From IMG/VR virus record IMGVR_UViG_3300042882_001870: a DNA stretch of 64,000 bases; one strand, 5' to 3'. The position numbers and the translations under genes are program-made. Source of the stretch: an uncultured virus (IMG/VR IMGVR_UViG_3300042882_001870) (Duplodnaviria > Heunggongvirae > Uroviricota > Caudoviricetes). Positions 57,301-64,000 of this stretch are shown piece by piece. The notes beneath the pieces are model-generated. The model was not told the DNA's origin. It saw nothing but the letters and a program-made list of their open reading frames with translations, and ran no database searches. The stretch's first letter is position 1. Every line of letters starts with the position of its first letter.

Positions 57301-58023
57301 ATGCACCCAACCATACATTATAATGAACCGTTTGATTACTACATTATAGATGATTTTTTAGAACCATCTATCGCAAAAAAGATATCAGAAGAATTTATCC
57401 CATTTGAATCCACACATTGGTTCGATTATAATAATCCATTAGAAATAAAAAAAACTTTAAACAATTGGTATCATTTTCCAGAAACCACTTATAAGTTTTT
57501 TTCTTATCTAAATTCAAAAGAATTCGTAGAAATAATTCAAAATATAACAAAAACAAATAATCTATATACTGATATCGGATTACATGGTGCTGGCTGGCAC
57601 ATTCATGGTAACGGTGGGAAATTGAATGTACATCTAGATTATTCAATTCACCCAAAATTAAAATTACAAAGAAAATATAATTTTATAATATATCTATCAC
57701 AGGAATGGAATCCAAAATGGGGAGGTAATTTAGAATTTTGGTCACACGATTTTCTAAACAAAAAACCAAAAGAAAAAATTGCCCAAGTGGATTGTATATT
57801 CAATAGAGCAGTAATTTTTGACACTACCAAAAATTCTTGGCATGGGTTTAACGATCCCATAACTTGCCCAAATAATACATATAGAAAAAGTATTGCTTGT
57901 TATTACCTAACTGACCCAGAAGAAATCACAGAGGAACGATACAGAGCATTATATTCAGCATCAAAATCTCAAGAGAATGATAGAAACATTGAACAATTGA
58001 TTAAAAATAGAAGTAAACTATGA
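57301..58023 (+). CDS. 2OG-Fe(II) oxygenase (proline-hydroxylase-like)
   Basis: LHGAG.H, LNVHLD, W...WGGNLEFW, FNRAVIF, SWHG, RKSIACYY. Confidence 0.85.
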   Translation: MHPTIHYNEPFDYYIIDDFLEPSIAKKISEEFIPFESTHWFDYNNPLEIKKTLNNWYHFPETTYKFFSYLNSKEFVEIIQNITKTNNLYTDIGLHGAGWHIHGNGGKLNVHLDYSIHPKLKLQRKYNFIIYLSQEWNPKWGGNLEFWSHDFLNKKPKEKIAQVDCIFNRAVIFDTTKNSWHGFNDPITCPNNTYRKSIACYYLTDPEEITEERYRALYSASKSQENDRNIEQLIKNRSKL

Positions 58024-59738
58024 ATAAAAAATGTAAAATTGTTATGATTACCATGTTTAAGAATGAAGCAAGATCCATAGAAAGAATGCTAAATTCTTGT
58101 TTACCTTTTGTAGATTACTATGTTCTTCAGAACAACGGATCGACAGACGGTTCCGATCAAATAGTAAAAGATTTCTTGATTAATAACGAGTTATCCGGAA
58201 CTTTATATGATGTAGAAGAAGGTTGGGTTGGATTTGGATGGAATAGAGATCATTTAATTCAAACATGTCAAGATATTGATCATGGATGTGATTGGATTTT
58301 AAAGATGGATTGCGACGAAGTTTTGGAGATTGATGAAGATTTTGACTGGGATTTAATATCAGATACTTCTATCCAAGCGTTCCACATTCCAGCGGTAAGT
58401 GGGAGTTGTGTATATTACAGAGCATGGATGTGGAATGCAAAACTTCCTTGGAGATTTAATCATGATACTTGTCATGAAACAATTTACTGCGAAATTCCAG
58501 AAATTGATAAAAATTTTATATGTAAGGATTTACCTAAATCATTTAGACAAGTTGGATATAATGAAGGGCAAAGTTGGTCGGTTCCAACAAAATTTATAAC
58601 AGATTCTCTAATATTAGAAGAAAAAATGATTAGAGAAAACACTATTCATAGTGATATATATCATTTTTGGTATATTGGAAAAAGTTATGCTGACGCATAC
58701 CCTTCAACCGCATTTCCTCTTGGAAACAATCAACAAAAAGAGTATGCTAGAAGGTGCATCTATTATTTTACAGAATATTTAAATTTGATGCACGATTTTG
58801 ATAAGACCAAAAAAGCAAAGTTTGTAGACGAAACTTCTTACATGTCACTAATTTTAATGGCAGAGGCATATATATTCTTAAATAAAGAAGACAACGCAAT
58901 AGAGTGTTATATTCTTGCAGAATCTTTTGCTCCAAAAAGAAATGATCATCTTTTTGGATTAGCAAGAATTTATAAACGTTTGAAGCAATATGAAGAAATG
59001 TTACAAATCACTTCTGTAATGATTAACCCAGAAAGAAAAAACCCTTTCCCAGAATATTGTAATTTTATAGATTCTTCTTTATATATCAATGAAGAAAATA
59101 ATGTCGTAGAAGAACTTCATAATTTTGCATTATCACATAATACAAAAGAACAACATATTCCATTACCATTTTATATAAATTTAAATAAAGATAAAAATTT
59201 ATTTGTAGTTGATAATTTTTATACCAATCCAGATGATGTCAGAGATTTTGCATTAAATTTTGTTGAATATAAAGAAGATTTAAATTGGTATAAAGGGTTA
59301 AGATCTACAGTAACATATAGACCAGATGGTATAAAAGAAGCATTTGAAGAAATAATAGGAAAAAAGATTTATAATTTCGAAGAACACGGATTTAATGGAG
59401 TTTTTCAGATAACAAGCGCAAAAGATCCCCAAGTATATCATTATGATGCACAAAAATGGGCAGCAATGATATATTTAACCCCAAATTCTCCGCTAGAAAG
59501 CGGAACAAGAACCCATAGATCCAAATTAAACGGAACAAAACACGCATCAGAACCAAACGTTGATTTTGCATTTAATGGCAATTTCTATGACAGCACTAAA
59601 TTTGAAATTATTGATAATGTGGGGAATATATACAATAGATTAGTAATAATGGATGCCCAGAATATACATTCTGCGGGTCCATATTTTGGCTCTGCTATTC
59701 ATGATAGTAGATTAACTCATTTATTTTTCTTCGATTAA
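58020..59738 (+). CDS. Fusion: GT2-like glycosyltransferase + TPR-like helices + C-terminal 2OG-Fe(II) oxygenase-like domain
   Basis: MFKNE...GSTDG...FGWNR...MDCDE (DxD); C-terminal VVDNFY.NPD..R, HYD...WAAMIYL, YNRLVI...HSA...RLTHLFF. Confidence 0.75.
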   Translation: MNKKCKIVMITMFKNEARSIERMLNSCLPFVDYYVLQNNGSTDGSDQIVKDFLINNELSGTLYDVEEGWVGFGWNRDHLIQTCQDIDHGCDWILKMDCDEVLEIDEDFDWDLISDTSIQAFHIPAVSGSCVYYRAWMWNAKLPWRFNHDTCHETIYCEIPEIDKNFICKDLPKSFRQVGYNEGQSWSVPTKFITDSLILEEKMIRENTIHSDIYHFWYIGKSYADAYPSTAFPLGNNQQKEYARRCIYYFTEYLNLMHDFDKTKKAKFVDETSYMSLILMAEAYIFLNKEDNAIECYILAESFAPKRNDHLFGLARIYKRLKQYEEMLQITSVMINPERKNPFPEYCNFIDSSLYINEENNVVEELHNFALSHNTKEQHIPLPFYINLNKDKNLFVVDNFYTNPDDVRDFALNFVEYKEDLNWYKGLRSTVTYRPDGIKEAFEEIIGKKIYNFEEHGFNGVFQITSAKDPQVYHYDAQKWAAMIYLTPNSPLESGTRTHRSKLNGTKHASEPNVDFAFNGNFYDSTKFEIIDNVGNIYNRLVIMDAQNIHSAGPYFGSAIHDSRLTHLFFFD

Positions 59739-59740
59739 TT

Positions 59741-60997
59741 ATGAAATTTAGCATTATAACCCCAGAACATAATAAAAATAATCCGTATTTGATGGAATTG
59801 TTCGAATCCATAGAAAACCAAACTTATGAAAATTGGGAATGGGTAATATTATTAAATAATGGTTGCGAATTCGAAGACCTTCCAGAACAAATTTTATACC
59901 ATGATAAAGTAAATGTATACAAACTAGAAGAAACCAATTCAAATATTGGATTTATAAAAAATAAAGCATTTCATCTTGGGTCCGGAGATGTTTTAGTAGA
60001 AGTTGATCATGATGATATATTAATAGAAAATTGTTTAGAAAAATTATACGAAGTATATCAAGATGAAAACATGGGATTCGTATATAGCGATAATGCCGTC
60101 TTACATATGACCGATGAATTTTCCCCATATGACGCAAATCAAGGGTGGGAATATTCTATTTATAATTGGAAAGGTCGAGATTTAATTTCTATGAAAAGTT
60201 TCGAACCATCTTCTCAAAGTTTAGGTTATATTTGGTATGCTCCAGATCATGTCAGATCTTGGAGGTCTAATGTCTATAAAGAAATTGGAGGACACAATCC
60301 AGAATTATCAGTATGCGATGATCATGAATTATGTATTAGAACATATCTACACACTAAAATGAAAAGAATTCCGGAAGTTCTTTATATCTATAGAATTACC
60401 GGGGAAAATACTTGGTTGGAAAGAAATCAAGAAATACAACAAAAAACAATAGAATTATTCAATAATTATATTCAACTTTTAGCAGAAAAAGATTGCGAAG
60501 AAAAAGGATTATTGAAAATTGATTTGGGAGGGGGTTTAAATCCGTATAAAGATTATAAAACCGTTGATATCACAGAATCTGCGGATTTTCAATACGATTT
60601 AAATGAAGGGATACCGTTACCAGATAATAGCGTAGGAGTTATCAATGCCAGTCATATATTAGAACATTTAAAAGATCCTATCAAATCTATGAGCGAAATT
60701 CATAGGGTGTTATGTCATGGTGGATGGGCTTTTATAGAAATTCCAAGCACGGATGGAAGAGGAGCATTCCAAGACCCCACACATGTAAGTTTCTGGAACG
60801 AAAATAGTTTTTTATATTATACCGATAAATATCTTGCTAATTTTATAAATAATAAATATATAAGATTTCAAGAATATTATAAACAAACATATTTTCCAAA
60901 TGAATGGTTACAACAAATAAATGTTTGTGTTACTTCCGCATATTTAACAGTTATTAAAGACGATTCTATCCGATACCCCGGATTTTTAAAAATATAA
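59741..60997 (+). CDS. Fusion: GT2 glycosyltransferase + class I SAM methyltransferase
   Basis: FSIITP, QTYENWEWVIL, EVDHDD, IGG..PEL..CDD; C-terminal IDLGGG, SHILEHL, EIHRVL..GG, QDPTH. Confidence 0.85.
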   Translation: MKFSIITPEHNKNNPYLMELFESIENQTYENWEWVILLNNGCEFEDLPEQILYHDKVNVYKLEETNSNIGFIKNKAFHLGSGDVLVEVDHDDILIENCLEKLYEVYQDENMGFVYSDNAVLHMTDEFSPYDANQGWEYSIYNWKGRDLISMKSFEPSSQSLGYIWYAPDHVRSWRSNVYKEIGGHNPELSVCDDHELCIRTYLHTKMKRIPEVLYIYRITGENTWLERNQEIQQKTIELFNNYIQLLAEKDCEEKGLLKIDLGGGLNPYKDYKTVDITESADFQYDLNEGIPLPDNSVGVINASHILEHLKDPIKSMSEIHRVLCHGGWAFIEIPSTDGRGAFQDPTHVSFWNENSFLYYTDKYLANFINNKYIRFQEYYKQTYFPNEWLQQINVCVTSAYLTVIKDDSIRYPGFLKI

Positions 60998-61000
60998 ATA
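60993..61000 (+). promoter_or_regulatory. Late promoter TATAAATA
   Basis: Exact consensus upstream of 61029. Confidence 0.7.
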
Positions 61001-61028
61001 CTAATATAAACAACTTATAGGTATCAAT

Positions 61029-61478
61029 ATGCCAAAATACAATCAATCAAACGTTTCAGGAGAATTGTGGAGAAGATCTCCTCAAATAATTTGTTATAAT
61101 AATTATAATCAAAATCCAGTAATACTTTTTGATGAAGAAGATATAATAGTATTGAATAATGGAGAATTTGCATCCAATAGAATCCAGTCAAAATTACATC
61201 AAGAATTTAATTCTGATAACGCTAATACTGCATTTGAGTTGAGAAACCCGGAAACAGAAGAATATATAGGAACATTTGCAACATACAAAGATTTATACGT
61301 ATTAATGTATTCTTTATATTTTCATTTGGCAAAGGAGAGAGACAAAGGACCACAACCATATCCAAGTTGGATATGGAACGACCAAACTAATTCGTGGGAT
61401 GCTCCTATCCCAAAACCGGAAGATGGACAAGAATATTATTGGGATGAAAGTTCTCAAGAATGGGTTATCGTTGCATAA
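61029..61478 (+). CDS. Hypothetical protein with Trp/Pro-rich C-terminus (possible fibre assembly factor)
   Basis: PQPYPSWIW...WDAPIPKP.DG..YYWDE...W. Confidence 0.6.
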   Translation: MPKYNQSNVSGELWRRSPQIICYNNYNQNPVILFDEEDIIVLNNGEFASNRIQSKLHQEFNSDNANTAFELRNPETEEYIGTFATYKDLYVLMYSLYFHLAKERDKGPQPYPSWIWNDQTNSWDAPIPKPEDGQEYYWDESSQEWVIVA

Positions 61479-61490
61479 GGAGAACTCATC

Positions 61491-62444
61491 ATGACAATGG
61501 TAGCGAGTGGATATATTGAATTAGGTCCAAACGCAGCAGCAGCTACACCAAACACCTCAATTGGAACAGAGTTAAAAAGAACTGCATATGCGTCAACAAA
61601 CTTAACAGAAACAGATTGTAGATATTTAGGTGGAATCAACACAGGACAAATAGGGTTTTCTAATTTTTATTCAAAATATGTGATACAAGGACAAACTTTT
61701 GCAACTAGCACCAGTGGAAATTGGACAGTGCCAACAGGAGTTTATTATGTCAGCATATTATGTATTGGCGCTGGCGGCGGAGGTGCAGCGCTTTCTGGAA
61801 GCACCACTTATTCTGGAGGCGGAGGTGCATTATCATATACAAATAACATACCAGTAACACCAGGAGAAGTTTTATCATATGTTGCAGCACCTATAACCGC
61901 AAGACAAGCGCAAGGAGGAACGTCTTCTGTTTCTAGGGGGGCAACTGTTCTTGTAAGTGCTGCTGGAGGAAGCCAATATGCAACAGGAGGTCAAGCTTCT
62001 GCTGGAGTTGGATCTGTTAAATATTCTGGAGGAAATGGGAATTCTTATACAGGTATAGGATCTGCTGGCGGTGGAGGTGCAGCCGGATATTCTGGAGTTG
62101 GAGGAACCGGAGGAAACCCATCCACACAAGCGGGAACTGCTGGATCTGGAGGAGGTGGCGGAGGTGGCGGAGGGTCGTCTTCATTCAGTACTGGTGGAGG
62201 CGGAGGAGGAGTAGGGAATATCGGAGAAGGACCAAGTGGTGCTGCTAGTGGGACAAACGGAGGAGCAGGAAAGGGCGGTTCCTATGGAACAGATGGAGTT
62301 GGTGGATTTCTTTTAGGTGGTGCTGGTGGAGGATATGGTGGAGGCGGTGGAAGTGATACAACAGGAACCGGTGGTGCTGGTCTGGTAAGGTTTATGTGGG
62401 GAGTAAACAGATATTACCCATCAACAAATACTGGAGTATTATAA
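61491..62444 (+). CDS. Glycine-rich adhesin-like protein
   Basis: WTVP.GV..VSILCIGAGGGG followed by many poly-Gly motifs; N-module ending GQIGFSNFYSK. Confidence 0.7.
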   Translation: MTMVASGYIELGPNAAAATPNTSIGTELKRTAYASTNLTETDCRYLGGINTGQIGFSNFYSKYVIQGQTFATSTSGNWTVPTGVYYVSILCIGAGGGGAALSGSTTYSGGGGALSYTNNIPVTPGEVLSYVAAPITARQAQGGTSSVSRGATVLVSAAGGSQYATGGQASAGVGSVKYSGGNGNSYTGIGSAGGGGAAGYSGVGGTGGNPSTQAGTAGSGGGGGGGGGSSSFSTGGGGGGVGNIGEGPSGAASGTNGGAGKGGSYGTDGVGGFLLGGAGGGYGGGGGSDTTGTGGAGLVRFMWGVNRYYPSTNTGVL

Positions 62445-62570
62445 ATATTAATTAAAAAGAAGAATCTCCAAAATATTTACTACAACCTTTTATAAACAAT
62501 TCTGCTGGTTTAATAGAACTATTAGAATCAGACCCCCCTAATAAATTAATAGAATAACTTCTAAATTTCC

Positions 62571-62624
62571 TCCCTATCCTCGTTTTATAAATAATAGTAT
62601 AATTAACCGAGGATAGGGAATCGG
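62571..62624 (+). promoter_or_regulatory. 12-bp inverted repeat enclosing a late promoter and pairing with the RBS
   Basis: TCCCTATCCTCG (62571-62582) / CGAGGATAGGGA (62608-62619), with TATAAATA at 62586-62593. Confidence 0.75.
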
Positions 62625-62625
62625 A

Positions 62626-62694
62626 ATGTCAACTAAAAATTTTATCACTAAGCATGGTATAGATGTCAATTATAAGGTGTGTATCGATGATTAA
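62626..62694 (+). pseudogene. 22-codon relic/mini-ORF paralogous to the start of the fibre gene at 44588
   Basis: MSTKNFITKHGIDVNYKVCIDD* versus MSTKKFTTRHGIDANYQ; identical 18-nt leader. Confidence 0.75.
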
Positions 62695-63004
62695 ATACTC
62701 ATATAAAATAACAAAATTTAACATAAATCCAGATTCTAAACAACTAACTTCTGTTGAGTGGTGGTATGTCGGTAAAGAAAACGATTGTAAATATGAAATT
62801 TATAACGTAACGCAATTAGACGTCAAAGGGAAAAAGTTTATTCCCCTAGAAAATTTACAAGAAAAAGAAGTAATTAAATTCATTGAAAGTTCTTTAGACA
62901 AAGAATATATTAAATCAATGAAAGAAGTTATTACAATGGAAATCGATAAACAAAAAACTCCAGAAACAGTATCAATAACACCACCTTGGATAGAAAATGT
63001 CTAA
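62687..63004 (+). CDS. Small conserved phage protein (fibre-locus associated)
   Basis: ATG 62687 with AAGGTG RBS; FIPLENL.E..VI.FI...PPW. Confidence 0.65.
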   Translation: MIKYSYKITKFNINPDSKQLTSVEWWYVGKENDCKYEIYNVTQLDVKGKKFIPLENLQEKEVIKFIESSLDKEYIKSMKEVITMEIDKQKTPETVSITPPWIENV

Positions 63005-63743
63005 CGTATCAACAAGAGACGAATTAAAAGATTATTGTTTAAGAAGACTTGGCTTTCCAGTAATTGAGATAAATGTATCTGAAGAGCAAATTGAGGATCG
63101 TTTGTCTGATTGTATGCAGTTTTACATTGATTATCATTATGATGCAACTTCTAAAGCATATTATAAACACACAATAACTCAAGAAGATATTGAAAATAGA
63201 TATATAACGGTTCCAGATTCATTAATTGGGGTTACTAGAATATTACCGCTGAACAATTTGCTGAGTAAGTCGTATATGTGGGATATTCGGTATCAACTAA
63301 TCCTCAACAACCTTTGGGATTTAACCTCTACTTCTATGGTTCCGTATACTATAGCAATGCAACATATTCGCGGATTAGAAATGTTGTTTAACGGCGAAAT
63401 TCCCATAAGGTTTCAAAGACATCAAAATAAAGTTAAGATTGATATGGGTTGGGGTACTGAACAATGTCCAGAAGGAACCGTTATTGTTATTGAAGGATAC
63501 CAAATAATAGACCCAGAAGAATACTCCGACGTGTTTAACGACCGTTGGATTAAAAGGTATTCTACAGCATTGATAAAACGTCAGTGGGGAGAAAATATGA
63601 AGAAATTCGGGCAAATTTCTCTACCGGGTGGCGTTACTTTAAATGGGGATAGAATATATCAAGAAGCAGTTGATGAAATTTCAACACTAGAAAACGAAAT
63701 GTTGGTTAAATATTCAGAACCGCCAGAATTCATGATTGGGTAG
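62997..63743 (+). CDS. 13: Neck protein gp13
   Basis: LKDYCLRRLGFPVIEINV..EQIEDR, LIKRQWGENM.KF...LPGGVTLNG. Confidence 0.95.
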   Translation: MSNVSTRDELKDYCLRRLGFPVIEINVSEEQIEDRLSDCMQFYIDYHYDATSKAYYKHTITQEDIENRYITVPDSLIGVTRILPLNNLLSKSYMWDIRYQLILNNLWDLTSTSMVPYTIAMQHIRGLEMLFNGEIPIRFQRHQNKVKIDMGWGTEQCPEGTVIVIEGYQIIDPEEYSDVFNDRWIKRYSTALIKRQWGENMKKFGQISLPGGVTLNGDRIYQEAVDEISTLENEMLVKYSEPPEFMIG

Positions 63744-63749
63744 AAAATA

Positions 63750-64000
63750 ATGCCAACAAACCCATATTTCGATTTCTATAAGAATAGACCAGAACAAAAC
63801 CTCGTAGAAGATTTAATTCACGAGGCAGTTAAGATGTTCGGGTTTGATTGTTATTACATACCCAGAAATGAAGCTGCTGTATCTGATCTACTTTATGGCG
63901 ATGACCCGTTAAAGAAATTTGATGCTGCATACCCTATGGAAGTGTATTTAACAAATTCTGTAGATCCCGGCATGAACAACGATTTCTTTTCTAAATTCGG
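63750..64000 (+). CDS. 14: Neck protein gp14 (5' part, truncated by the window end)
   Basis: MPTNPYF...EQNLVEDLI.EAVKMFG.D.YYIPR...YGDDPLKKF..AYPMEVY...FSKFG. Confidence 0.9.
   Translation, partial: MPTNPYFDFYKNRPEQNLVEDLIHEAVKMFGFDCYYIPRNEAAVSDLLYGDDPLKKFDAAYPMEVYLTNSVDPGMNNDFFSKF

Noticed and set aside
62445..62585. Open minus-strand frame in the intergenic gap
   Set aside because: No start codon or RBS and no recognisable product.
1..64000. Stop-codon reassignment, tRNA genes, introns or inteins
   Set aside because: Core genes are full length in the standard code and end in TAA, TAG or TGA. I saw no cloverleaf, split gene or intein motif by eye; tRNAscan or Infernal would be needed to exclude them formally.

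Overview
This AT-rich window is part of a large T4-like (T4-superfamily, cyanophage/pelagiphage-type gene order) myophage genome. From 1 to 7 kb it carries a putative internal head protein, a DenV-family glycosylase, an FmdB-like protein, PhoH, a free-standing GIY-YIG-like homing endonuclease, a PD-(D/E)XK exonuclease, RlpA, gp33, gp59 and gp32. From 7 to 12.4 kb on the minus strand are gp4, gp2, gp54, a gp26-like gene and a probable tape-measure/hub protein with two cell-wall hydrolase domains. From 12.5 to 34 kb on the plus strand is the baseplate module (gp48, gp53, gp27-like, a short gp5, gp25, gp6, gp7, gp8 and a VrlC-like giant protein). A fibre/adhesin island fills about 34-63 kb, followed by the neck genes gp13 and gp14 (gp14 truncated). 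T4 late promoters (TATAAATA) precede many of the units. Four observations stand out. (1) Three tandem collagen-like fibre genes with matched helix lengths are followed directly by two 2OG-Fe(II) hydroxylases, a GT2-TPR-hydroxylase fusion and a GT2-methyltransferase fusion, a candidate phage collagen hydroxylation/glycosylation system. (2) An in-frame U_UUU_UUA slippery site ends the gp26-like gene and opens a 61-codon -1 frame just upstream of the tape-measure-like gene, resembling the lambda G/GT frameshift. (3) A duplicated RBS hairpin and gene start occurs twice, and the second copy has an antisense arm around a late promoter. (4) Short terminal motifs recur across the fibre genes and may be docking modules. 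All product calls come from motif recognition and synteny; no database searches were run.
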